DNA of 64,000 bases from a virus. The DNA is taken from the IMG/VR virus record IMGVR_UViG_3300021602_000003, positions 1-64,000 of that record; one strand, 5' to 3'. A model generated the notes under the pieces. That model did no database searches. It saw only the letters and a program-made list of their open reading frames with translations, and was not told the origin of the DNA. Made by a program: the position numbers and the translations under genes. Shown here piece by piece: positions 1 through 9,289 of the stretch. Within the stretch, counting starts at the first letter, position 1. The number at the start of each line of letters is the position of its first letter.

Positions 1-120
1 TATTATTCGGACATTCGGTCCGAAACCAGTTAACAAGATTCTGGTCGATACAAGAAAACTTGTAAAATCTGTAATACCAGCGTATAATATACAGTTAGTA
101 GAGTTAAAGAACTTTGCAAT

Positions 121-165
121 AAAGTAAAGTAAAATAAAATAAAATAAAATAAAATAAAATAAAAT
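121..165 (+). repeat. Pentamer microsatellite (AAAGT)2(AAAAT)7 abutting tRNA-Lys
   Basis: Directly visible tandem units ending at the first base of the tRNA. Confidence 0.9.
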
Positions 166-239
166 GGGCGTATAATTCAATGGGAGAATATCGGTCTTTT
201 AAACCGACTACCAGGGATCGATACCCTGTGCGCCTACCA
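166..239 (+). tRNA. tRNA-Lys(UUU)
   Basis: Acceptor GGGCGTA/TGCGCCT, anticodon arm TCGGT-CTTTTAA-ACCGA, T arm CAGGG-ATCGATA-CCCTG, encoded CCA. Confidence 0.9.
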
Positions 240-299
240 CATAAAAAATATTTTATATCGAACTATGATAAATAACATTATAGTCTAACAAGGTTCGAT

Positions 300-932
300 A
301 TGAAATACTGTCCTAAATGCGGGATAAATCACGATAAGCCCGGCACCTTTTGTTCTAGGTCGTGTGCTAATAGTAAAATATGCTCATCCGAAAATAAATA
401 TAAGAAAAGTATAGCACTGAAGGGGCGCCGATCTACACAAACAATAGAAGTCAGGAAAATTGCTGTAGAGAAACTCCGAAACACACGATTACAAAAATAT
501 TTAAATACACCGTTTAATGAATTGGGGTGTGAAAATCGACGTCGTAGAGTTTTTGAAGAACAAGAACATAAATGTATCAGGTGTGGAATTACCGAATGGT
601 TTGAACATACAATATCATTAGAATTAGAACATAAAGACGGTAATACTGAAAATAATAAAAGAGAAAATTTAGAGGGATTATGTCCTAATTGCCATTCTAT
701 AACAGATACGTGGCGTGGCCGGAATAAGCCTGTTCGTAATGGGATAATTGACACAACAGATGAATTTTTGTTACAATGTTTAAAAGAAACAGATAATATA
801 CGGCAGGGTTTGTTAAAAGCAGGTTTAGCGGCAAAAGGCAATAATTATGCCAGAGCAAAGCTTTTATTAAAACTTGTGCAGGTCATATCAAAACACATTA
901 ATCGGGGATATACTTGGCGTGACTATCCTTAA
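300..932 (+). CDS. HNH homing endonuclease
   Basis: FCSRSC Zn motif; CIRCG...LELEHKDGN..NN...NLEGLCPNCH. Confidence 0.85.
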   Translation: MKYCPKCGINHDKPGTFCSRSCANSKICSSENKYKKSIALKGRRSTQTIEVRKIAVEKLRNTRLQKYLNTPFNELGCENRRRRVFEEQEHKCIRCGITEWFEHTISLELEHKDGNTENNKRENLEGLCPNCHSITDTWRGRNKPVRNGIIDTTDEFLLQCLKETDNIRQGLLKAGLAAKGNNYARAKLLLKLVQVISKHINRGYTWRDYP

Positions 933-976
933 ACAGCCTAGCGCACAATTGCTACCGAATAATATGTTTTGATATG
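884..976 (+). ncRNA. Candidate structured RNA closed by a long stem
   Basis: CATATCAAAACACATTA pairs with TAATATGTTTTGATATG (1 mismatch); overlaps the HNH 3' end. Confidence 0.4.
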
Positions 977-981
977 GTTCT

Positions 982-1112
982 ATATTAAAATACACTGTGG
1001 TGTTAGATAACGAGCCTTCTTAGCGGTCGGCGTTCTGAGTTATTTGACACTACGCCCGTGGAGAGGGTATAGTTGCAACTACCGGTTCGATTCCGACAGT
1101 GTATTTTAATAT
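982..1112 (+). ncRNA. tRNA-like multibranch RNA
   Basis: Perfect 17-bp closing stem ATATTAAAATACACTGT/ACAGTGTATTTTAATAT, 13-bp arm, two short arms, T arm CGG-TTCGATT-CCG; no CCA. Confidence 0.6.
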
Positions 1113-1131
1113 GGTAAAGTAGGATATTTAT

Positions 1132-1497
1132 ATGACACATAAAATCGCAATAATTAAGACTAAGGACATGTATTACAACTACGGTGACGATCATGAATTG
1201 ATTGCAACAAGTATTACCGACTGGACAGAAGTAAGTGACGCAGATTTCAGCATACTCCAGAAAGCCAGATTTAACAGGAATTTCGATATATTAGAACAAC
1301 CTGTCAGCACCCCCGAATTTGTTGCCCACACAGTTGCAGATTACATAAAAGAAGCCAAGAAGGCCGAAGAAAAAGAAAAAGAAGAAAAGAAGAAGCGTGA
1401 AGTTGCTGCAATTGCTCGTAAGCATAAGAAAGAGTTAAAGACACGCGAGTCTAAACTCGAACTGTTAAAGAAATTACAGGAAGAATTAGCTGTATAA
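1132..1497 (+). CDS. Hypothetical protein with C-terminal coiled coil
   Basis: ORF with AGGA SD; terminator follows. Confidence 0.7.
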   Translation: MTHKIAIIKTKDMYYNYGDDHELIATSITDWTEVSDADFSILQKARFNRNFDILEQPVSTPEFVAHTVADYIKEAKKAEEKEKEEKKKREVAAIARKHKKELKTRESKLELLKKLQEELAV

Positions 1498-1500
1498 AAG

Positions 1501-1527
1501 ATGCCCACTGCGGTGGGTATTTTTTTG
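1501..1527 (+). terminator. Intrinsic terminator
   Basis: ATGCCCAC-TGCG-GTGGGTAT followed by T-run. Confidence 0.75.
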
Positions 1528-1566
1528 ACTAGCAAATCTATAAGATAAATAGTTTATAATATCTTA

Positions 1567-2469
1567 ATGGTAAGAATGTATCCGACCAACAATATAAATT
1601 TCGATTATTCGTATCAGAATATGCCTAATACAGTAATAGAACAAAGATTCTCCATGAATTTTAGAAAAATTCAACGACCATTAATGTCTTGGAAAGAAGA
1701 AATCATGGATACAACTTTAAATATAAAACGGCTGGCAGGGCGCAGGCCCATTATGCTATGTTTGAGTGGTGGCACCGATTGTGAAATTATGGCAACAGCA
1801 TTCCTGAAAAATAATATAGATTTTTCTGTTGTTAGTTGTAGACACGAAGCCGGAACAAATGACCACGATATGGTATATGCTACGAATTTTTGTAAAAGAA
1901 ATAATGTAAAGCATATTATTTTTGAAATTAATCATCTTGAATTTTTTACGGATGGTATAAATCGATATATTGAACAAGGATATCGATCAACCAGGATATT
2001 TAGGTATTTTCAATTGTTATTGTTGGAAGAAGTAGAATCGCGCGGCGGGTGCGCCGTATTAGGTGGAGGTGACCCGATGTATTTTGGGGTAAACGGCGAT
2101 GTTGTATTAAAATATGCACCAGATTTTAGCCTATGTCTCGATTGGTGCAATAATCACAATTCTTTACATTTTCCATATTTCTATAAACAGAATCCACATA
2201 TATTTGCTTCATATATGAAAGAAGAATTGATAGAGTTTATTATATCACGGCCCGAATATTTTAAAGATGAATGGTTTGTTAGTTTAGAAAAGACACTGAT
2301 GTATACAGCGAATTGGCCCGATATAGAAAGACGGCCAAAATATCACGGATTTGAGAAGATGAGATATATTAAAAACACTGTAGAAAAAAAGTTACGTGAA
2401 AAATTTCCCGATTTAGAATATTTAATTTTTCCGATATCTGTTATAAAAAGTCAGCTAGGAATAACTTGA
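1567..2469 (+). CDS. PP-loop ATP pyrophosphatase, AsnB synthetase-domain-like (paralog 1)
   Basis: LSGGTDCE PP-loop, LGGGD, C-terminal RRPKYHGFE. Confidence 0.7.
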   Translation: MVRMYPTNNINFDYSYQNMPNTVIEQRFSMNFRKIQRPLMSWKEEIMDTTLNIKRLAGRRPIMLCLSGGTDCEIMATAFLKNNIDFSVVSCRHEAGTNDHDMVYATNFCKRNNVKHIIFEINHLEFFTDGINRYIEQGYRSTRIFRYFQLLLLEEVESRGGCAVLGGGDPMYFGVNGDVVLKYAPDFSLCLDWCNNHNSLHFPYFYKQNPHIFASYMKEELIEFIISRPEYFKDEWFVSLEKTLMYTANWPDIERRPKYHGFEKMRYIKNTVEKKLREKFPDLEYLIFPISVIKSQLGIT

Positions 2470-2509
2470 ATAGATTTTATGATTACATTTTTATAGTGAT
2501 AAATGTTAA

Positions 2510-3280
2510 ATGAATATACACATAATTACAATGCCTCGCTCTGGATCTAAAACTGTGATGCAATATATGACCTTATATTATCGAGAAAAATATAAAAATC
2601 TTTTTGTTTCCACACTAATAAGTACAAAGGATATTATTTGGCAAGGACTGAAGTCTGCGTGGAGTGTAGATGAATTTCTTAATCACCACCATAAAGGGAT
2701 GTTTCAAGGTCATGCTGAAATATTAAATCGATTTGAAATTCTGGTATCAGATAAAAAAATAGATTCGATAGAAAAAGAATTAATATCGAGGCTAGATATT
2801 ATACAAAACTTAACCGAACCATACATCTTAAAACATTTTCCCAGAGGATATACTCATATCACTGATCAGTTAATATCGATACCGGCTAATATTTATTATA
2901 TTACACGCGACGATATATTTAATCATACACTAAGTTGGGCTCTTTCTCAACGACTCGCATCGTGGGTAAACAATAATCATCAGAAAAATATGATTTCTCT
3001 ATCAGAGAATAGTCCGATTACTGTTGATCATATAGCATTCCGCGGGCTATTAAGAGAATTGTTGCATTTTAGTAAGAAATTTAATGATGGCAGGCCTGTT
3101 ATTAGATTCGAAGATATAATTGCACTAAATAACGCCAGGGATTTCTGTACTTTATTTAACTTAGATTTTGTAGATTTTGAATTTGTAAAAATAGGAGAAG
3201 AATTTGGAAACCATAAATTGCAGATGATAGCCAATATAAATGAGCTTCACGATATTTACACCGAAGAAATAGAAGAATGA
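2510..3280 (+). CDS. Sulfotransferase-like protein
   Basis: TMPRSGSK 5'-PSB loop; YITRD...LS 3'-PB motif; IRFEDI. Confidence 0.6.
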   Translation: MNIHIITMPRSGSKTVMQYMTLYYREKYKNLFVSTLISTKDIIWQGLKSAWSVDEFLNHHHKGMFQGHAEILNRFEILVSDKKIDSIEKELISRLDIIQNLTEPYILKHFPRGYTHITDQLISIPANIYYITRDDIFNHTLSWALSQRLASWVNNNHQKNMISLSENSPITVDHIAFRGLLRELLHFSKKFNDGRPVIRFEDIIALNNARDFCTLFNLDFVDFEFVKIGEEFGNHKLQMIANINELHDIYTEEIEE

Positions 3281-4026
3281 GTAATCATATTCATCAATAT
3301 TATCCTGTATTCACATATTTTGCAAATCAGTTAGATCAATCGTCAGAGTGGTGGACTGATAAAAAAGTATTAGATTTTGGTGGAAATTGTGGTAACATCT
3401 TAAGAGATCCGAATTGCACTATTAAGCACGAAAATTATTATTGTTTAGATATATCGTCGGCCGCTATAGAAAAAGGAAGAGAAGATTTTCCAGAAGCACA
3501 TTGGCATCATTATAATCGATTTAATATCGCATATAATTTCGATGGTAATAAAGATGAACCGTTTCCCGTGTTTTCTGAAAAATTTGATATGATTCTAATT
3601 TATTCAGTTTTTACATCTACTTCTAGGTCCGAAATGATAAGATGCATAAACTTAGAATTATTACCGTTATTAGATCACGCCGGGATACTTATCAATACAT
3701 ACCTAAGTTTAAATAATTATGGAGTATTAAAAGGATTCTTAAATAAACGACAAACAAAAAAGGAAGACCAAATTAATATATTAAATAAGATTTATGGAAA
3801 AGAATATTTTTATTTAATAGGGGAAGATATAGTTAGCACAGAGGAAGATTTTATAAATTATAATAATCAAGGATGGGCATTGTCTTTTTATAAAGATGAG
3901 GAAATTTGCAGAATATTTCCTGATTGTGAAATTAAATCGTTTAAATTAAGTACTGACGGCCAAAGAACTAAATTAGTACATCATAGTATGCTAATTTGTG
4001 CCCGGGTCGATAAAATTCAATTTTGA
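3277..4026 (+). CDS. Class I SAM-dependent methyltransferase
   Basis: VLDFGGNCG motif I, LDIS, FDMILIYSVFT. Confidence 0.75.
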   Translation: MSNHIHQYYPVFTYFANQLDQSSEWWTDKKVLDFGGNCGNILRDPNCTIKHENYYCLDISSAAIEKGREDFPEAHWHHYNRFNIAYNFDGNKDEPFPVFSEKFDMILIYSVFTSTSRSEMIRCINLELLPLLDHAGILINTYLSLNNYGVLKGFLNKRQTKKEDQINILNKIYGKEYFYLIGEDIVSTEEDFINYNNQGWALSFYKDEEICRIFPDCEIKSFKLSTDGQRTKLVHHSMLICARVDKIQF

Positions 4027-4593
4027 AAATGCCCATGCTCGTTCCTTACAGAAGAAGCATTCGTTGCATCGCCCAGCTACTTTCATGCAACATGAATGTG
4101 TAAGTTTAAGCATTTCTTCTATCTTGTATTGATAGTATAAAGAGATAACAAATGCCTTATCATAATTAAAGAATGGATGTTGACGTATATCTGTTCGAAT
4201 AGTATTTTCTCTGGCCGGGTATGTAAAGGTTGTGTCTAATTGTATATCTGGGTTCTTAGTTGTGCCTGTAAGAAGAATATCGGCCTTATATTTAAGCAAA
4301 GCATCTTTCATCCCGGATCCGACAAATTTACTATGATGCACGTCTGCATCACCTACATAAATTACGTCTGGCAATTCTATATTGAAATAACTTTTTAAAT
4401 AATTTAAAACATTAGTTGTATGAGCGATAGTCCCGGTTCGTCGAGATACAGAATAAGGGACAATTTTACAGTTTTTATTTTCTTCTATATTTTGTTTATG
4501 TATTAAATAAAGGAGTATAGAACTATCTGCACCACCGGAAAACATTACACCCAGATGTTTATCATGATAGGAATCTATTATATTCATATTCAT
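3991..4593 (-). CDS. QueC-like PP-loop protein (paralog 2)
   Basis: FSGGADS; LTHSC...CNECFFCKER Zn motif as in QueC; minus-strand TATAAATA just upstream. Confidence 0.7.
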   Translation of the reverse strand: MNMNIIDSYHDKHLGVMFSGGADSSILLYLIHKQNIEENKNCKIVPYSVSRRTGTIAHTTNVLNYLKSYFNIELPDVIYVGDADVHHSKFVGSGMKDALLKYKADILLTGTTKNPDIQLDTTFTYPARENTIRTDIRQHPFFNYDKAFVISLYYQYKIEEMLKLTHSCCMKVAGRCNECFFCKERAWAFSKLNFIDPGTN

Positions 4594-4635
4594 ATTTATA
4601 TAATACCGATTGATATCATGATAAATACCTGTACA

Positions 4636-5085
4636 ATGCAGAATATTGAAGAAATTAATTTTAAAACTATATTAGATATATGGAAAAACGAATTATGGCC
4701 CGGCAGAACATCACCTATAGAAACGCATAGTGCTATGTTATATCTTCGTAATCATGATATGAATAATTTTTCATTACCAAATTGGTACTATGGATGTTAT
4801 ATAGATAACAAACTAATAGGAGTCAATAGTGGACATCTCTGTGTTAATAACAATGTTAGATCAAGAGGCCTCTGGGTTTGCCCGGAATATCGTAAAAAAG
4901 GCTACGGAAAACAGTTATTATCGGCGACTATAGACAAGGCAAAAACACTTAATGCTTCTTTTGTTTGGAGTTACCCCCGAAAGTCATCCTGGGTGACTTA
5001 CAAATCTGTCGGATTCGAATTAACGACTGAATGGCAGAAAAGCGAAACAAGCGATGCGAATTGTTATTGTATACTAGATCTATGA
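4636..5085 (+). CDS. GNAT acetyltransferase
   Basis: VCPEYRKKGYGKQLL acetyl-CoA motif, YKSVGF; start at ATG 4636 after a late promoter. Confidence 0.8.
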   Translation: MQNIEEINFKTILDIWKNELWPGRTSPIETHSAMLYLRNHDMNNFSLPNWYYGCYIDNKLIGVNSGHLCVNNNVRSRGLWVCPEYRKKGYGKQLLSATIDKAKTLNASFVWSYPRKSSWVTYKSVGFELTTEWQKSETSDANCYCILDL

Positions 5086-6002
5086 ATATTTACACATCAG
5101 AAGATAATTGGTATAAATGGCGCTATAGTAATGGTCCACTGTTTGGCAGAAGAGAAAGAAATTTTAATTCATTGTTCGAGACGGAATATACCAAATATTA
5201 CGGTCAGGTAGGCACCTTTAAAGAAGAATTACAGAAGGCAGCAAGAAGCACGCTAGATCATTTTCCTGGATTACGACCTTCTATATTATTCAGCGGAGGT
5301 ATGGATAGCGAGGTTCTTCTAAGATCCTTTATTGATATTGGGGCAAATCCTGCCGTGTATGTTTTTAGATACGAAGATAATATAAATTATGAAGATGTGT
5401 TAATGGCAGAAACTGTATGTAGAAATTTGAAAATAAATTATAATATTATTGATTTTAAATTACAAAAATTCTTAGAGAATGAAGTAGAGAAGATATCAGA
5501 AGAGTCCGAAATAGATTATCCTACAGCTTTGACACATATGAAATTTTTTGAATTAGTCGATGGTTTGCCGATATTAGGTGGCGGCGACCAATGTTGGATA
5601 AGGAATAATAGCGATTACACTACTAGGGGTATATGGTCCGGGGTGTGCAACGAATTTGAGATAGGCTGGTCGAAATATATTCGACTACACAATTTACAGG
5701 CAGTAGCAGAATGGTATAAATGGAGTCCTGGATTAATAATATCATATTTAAGATTAAAATGGTTTAACGATTTAATCGATGATAAAATTTATGGTAAACT
5801 AGGTGTAAATTCGACCAAATATATCGGATATCAAACTGTGTATCCTGATATTATTGTGAGAAAGAAATTAACCGGATTTGAAACAATCCAGGATTTAGTT
5901 ATAGAGATTGAGGCAACACTTAAGGATAAATATTCCACCTTACCTTATCGAAATACATATAATAGAACTATAGATCGGGTATCCGAAGAGTTAATAGGGT
6001 AA
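5082..6002 (+). CDS. PP-loop AsnB-like enzyme (paralog 3)
   Basis: FSGGMDSE, LGGGD, RKKLTGFE; ATGA overlap with the GNAT stop. Confidence 0.7.
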   Translation: MNIYTSEDNWYKWRYSNGPLFGRRERNFNSLFETEYTKYYGQVGTFKEELQKAARSTLDHFPGLRPSILFSGGMDSEVLLRSFIDIGANPAVYVFRYEDNINYEDVLMAETVCRNLKINYNIIDFKLQKFLENEVEKISEESEIDYPTALTHMKFFELVDGLPILGGGDQCWIRNNSDYTTRGIWSGVCNEFEIGWSKYIRLHNLQAVAEWYKWSPGLIISYLRLKWFNDLIDDKIYGKLGVNSTKYIGYQTVYPDIIVRKKLTGFETIQDLVIEIEATLKDKYSTLPYRNTYNRTIDRVSEELIG

Positions 6003-6006
6003 CTAA

Positions 6007-7584
6007 ATGACAGTTGACATTTTATTATTTACAGATAATACACATATACTATTTGTGAGACCTGCCGGTGCATACGCAGTTGCTACGACATTACGAGCTG
6101 CCGGTTATAGCGTTCAGGTAGTAGATCATTTTTTATTACTGGGCGTGGAAAAAACACTGGCAATAATAGATAAATTTGTAGGGCCAAATACTTTATTTGT
6201 TGGATTCGGTACCACATTTATGAATCCAACATACAGGCACCTTAAAGAGGCCGAAGTTAATAATCAAATATTTACTTACGATGGCTATTGGACTACAACT
6301 TCAAATAGGAATATTTATGTTGACACCATAGCCTATAGAGTACCAATAAGCGATCCAGAGATGGATGCCATTAAAAATAGAATTACATCTATAAATTCGA
6401 AGACAAAATTAGTAATCGGCGGATCTAAAGCAAATGACTTAAGACAGTCGCAAATGGATGTGTTTATTATCGGTTATGCTGAGCAGAGTGTTGTAGATTT
6501 CGCAAAGTATCTTCAGGGAAAAAATCCGTTTTTTCATTATAGAACCACACAAGCTGGTCAGATGATTGTTGATCACGATATTGATGCAAAAAATTATAAT
6601 TTTTCAGAATCGGGTATAAGGTTTTCTTCAACAGACTTAATTGACAGTACAGAACTCTTACCGTTGGAGGTTGCTCGCGGCTGCATATTTAAGTGTAAAT
6701 TTTGTTCGTTTCGACTCATCGGGAAGAAAAAGAATGATTACACAAAAACATTTGAGGCATTATATAGTGAGTTAATGTATAATTATGATAATTTTGGAGT
6801 AACAAGATACACATTTGTTGACGATACATTAAATGAATCTATTTACAAACTTGACCATATATTAAGGGTGGTAAAAAAGTTGCCATTTAAACTAGAAATT
6901 GCATCATACATAAGACACGATTTAATACATACCTATCCCGAGATGGCCGATATGTTATCTGAAATTGGATTAAAAGCGGCATGCTTTGGTATTGAATCTT
7001 TAAATCATGAGACAGGAAAGCTTATTGGTAAGGGGTTGCATCCAGAAAAAACCAAAGAATTATTAACTTGGTTACGTAATGAAAAAAAATGGAAGAATAA
7101 TATTCTTATGTATTCGGGTTTTATAATAGGTTTACCTAAGGATACAGTAAATACGGTTACAACCTGGACAGAAGAAATATCGGACCCTAGTTATCCGCTA
7201 GATTCTGTCTATATTATTCCATTAATGATGATTAGTGATTCTACTCGTTTAAAAAAATCAGAATTTGAGCTTAATTATGAGAAATATGGATACACGTACG
7301 AGACAGGTTCGACTGTTAGGTGGAAAAATAAAGACTGGACTTATGATAGTGCAACTGCCTTTGCAAAGAAATATACGCTCCGCAATTGGGAATCGAAACG
7401 AAATACTGTTACCTCATTTGCTTCTGTGGCATTAAGAAGTTATGGATATTCCTGGGAACAAATTTTTGCCATGCGTGAAAAGGATTATAATTGGCACAAT
7501 ATATTTCAGACGAACATTATTCGAACAAATACATATTATGATAACTTAATAGGAAATCAGAATGGGCCTGTTAGTAACATTTGA
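6007..7584 (+). CDS. B12-binding-type radical SAM protein
   Basis: ARGCIFKCKFC CxxxCxxC, FVDDT, FGIES, GFIIGLP; N-terminal B12-binding-like region. Confidence 0.8.
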   Translation: MTVDILLFTDNTHILFVRPAGAYAVATTLRAAGYSVQVVDHFLLLGVEKTLAIIDKFVGPNTLFVGFGTTFMNPTYRHLKEAEVNNQIFTYDGYWTTTSNRNIYVDTIAYRVPISDPEMDAIKNRITSINSKTKLVIGGSKANDLRQSQMDVFIIGYAEQSVVDFAKYLQGKNPFFHYRTTQAGQMIVDHDIDAKNYNFSESGIRFSSTDLIDSTELLPLEVARGCIFKCKFCSFRLIGKKKNDYTKTFEALYSELMYNYDNFGVTRYTFVDDTLNESIYKLDHILRVVKKLPFKLEIASYIRHDLIHTYPEMADMLSEIGLKAACFGIESLNHETGKLIGKGLHPEKTKELLTWLRNEKKWKNNILMYSGFIIGLPKDTVNTVTTWTEEISDPSYPLDSVYIIPLMMISDSTRLKKSEFELNYEKYGYTYETGSTVRWKNKDWTYDSATAFAKKYTLRNWESKRNTVTSFASVALRSYGYSWEQIFAMREKDYNWHNIFQTNIIRTNTYYDNLIGNQNGPVSNI

Positions 7585-8398
7585 CCCGTTTAGGGTGATA
7601 TACCCCGAGATTACTTCTGCTATTAAGGATTTTAAATCTGAGTGTATTTTAGCAGTCAACAAGATCGCAGATAAGAATACAGATAAATTACCCTACGCCA
7701 TAATGGTTAGTGGTGGAATAGATAGCGAATTAGTTGCAGAATCATTTTTATTAGCAGGTGAACATTTTATTTGTGCCATAGGTAGATTAATGACCTCGAT
7801 TAATGGCCATCGAATCGAGTTTAACCAGGATGATTATCGATATGCAGTAGATTGGTGTATTCGAAATAATGTTGAGATAATATTTGTAGATATTGATATA
7901 TTTAAATATAATGATTTAATATGTAAGTATACATTAGATTCTGCGGGATTTTCCCCGCAGTATGGCTGTCATATGTTTGTTATGAAACAATTGAGTGATA
8001 TGGGTTATTTTTTTGTTGCTGGGAACGGTGAAATGGATTTTGTATTAAGAAATAACAAATATTTTATGCTCGACGAACAACGAGAATTTACATTGTTAAA
8101 TTTTTGTAAGAATAATAATTTATGCGGTGAATTTCAATTCTGGAAGCAAGATAGCAGATTAAGTGCTTCTTTTCTACAATTGCCTACAGTAAAAAAGTTA
8201 ATGGAACGGAAAGTTACGAATATACTAGATTTCAAACACGTTTGTTTCGCCGATGTCTTTAAATCTGCTGCCAGAGTAAAACATACTGGTTTTGAATCAA
8301 TTCAGCAATGGGACTATATACATAGAAATTATTTAAAGACAATAAACGGGCAGTTTGATGAGAAATTTTATACACCGGCGGAGAAATTTATATTATGA
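7562..8398 (+). CDS. PP-loop AsnB-like enzyme (paralog 4)
   Basis: VSGGIDSE, AGNGE, RVKHTGFE. Confidence 0.7.
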   Translation: MGLLVTFDPFRVIYPEITSAIKDFKSECILAVNKIADKNTDKLPYAIMVSGGIDSELVAESFLLAGEHFICAIGRLMTSINGHRIEFNQDDYRYAVDWCIRNNVEIIFVDIDIFKYNDLICKYTLDSAGFSPQYGCHMFVMKQLSDMGYFFVAGNGEMDFVLRNNKYFMLDEQREFTLLNFCKNNNLCGEFQFWKQDSRLSASFLQLPTVKKLMERKVTNILDFKHVCFADVFKSAARVKHTGFESIQQWDYIHRNYLKTINGQFDEKFYTPAEKFIL

Positions 8399-9288
8399 GA
8401 CTGTTAAGTATTTTGATAATAGTATTAGCTTCGACGGTTGCTAACGCAGGCACAATAAATACCGAACTAGCAAAATTACCTAGAGAATTTAATGTGTATT
8501 CGTCGCAGTCTTCGGGTACCAAAGATACTGTTTGCAGGTCAATTCTGGACATATATTCCAAAAAATTTAATGCAATTCCGGTAATTATTGTTAAAAAGGG
8601 CGCAGGCGGAACAATTGCAATGGAAGAGATGCTGAAGGATAAGAAATTCTCAGTTTTATGTTCTGGACCATCAGAGAGTATATACAATATCACGGTATTT
8701 CCGGGGCACGAAAAAGAATATAAAATGTTAACCATGGTAATAATATTGGCTATCGGGCCAACAACAATTTACACAAAGACTGATGGTAAGTTTAATTCAA
8801 TCAATGATCTCCAGAAAAAGTCGTTTATAACCGTAGGGTTTAATGCTCAGGGGCCGAGATCGATAGCAGAAATAATATTTCAGAATAAAGATGTTGTCTG
8901 GGTACCATTTATAAACTCGGTTGATTCGTTATCGTCGTTAATGGATGGTTCTCTGGATGTGTATATTGATAGTGGTAGCTTAGAAGAAATGGCAAGAGCC
9001 AATAAGATTAAAAGTTTAGGACATTTTGGTGGGACACCCGACCTATTAGGGAGCGATCTGGGATTCGATTTCCCGCAAGCAGCAAAGTTGCCAGCATTCG
9101 TTGCCTTGACTACATCTATAAATAATTCTTTAGATGATATAGAGCAACTAAATGTTGAATTAAGAAGCATTATTAATTCAGCAGAATATGCAATAGCTAT
9201 TGCGAAAATAGGATGGGTACCGGTAAGTTTCACAGTTAAGAACTCTAACGAATTGGCAGAACAATTCAAATCTTTGTTAAAAAAATAA
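8395..9288 (+). CDS. Bug/TctC-like periplasmic solute-binding protein
   Basis: Signal peptide; KGAGGTIA motif; WVPF...LMDGSLD. Confidence 0.65.
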   Translation: MRLLSILIIVLASTVANAGTINTELAKLPREFNVYSSQSSGTKDTVCRSILDIYSKKFNAIPVIIVKKGAGGTIAMEEMLKDKKFSVLCSGPSESIYNITVFPGHEKEYKMLTMVIILAIGPTTIYTKTDGKFNSINDLQKKSFITVGFNAQGPRSIAEIIFQNKDVVWVPFINSVDSLSSLMDGSLDVYIDSGSLEEMARANKIKSLGHFGGTPDLLGSDLGFDFPQAAKLPAFVALTTSINNSLDDIEQLNVELRSIINSAEYAIAIAKIGWVPVSFTVKNSNELAEQFKSLLKK

Positions 9289-9289
9289 A

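Noticed and set aside
3991-4593. 7-deazaguanine DNA modification pathway
   Set aside because: No folE, queD, queE or dpdA is in the window; the gene is one of eight PP-loop paralogs.
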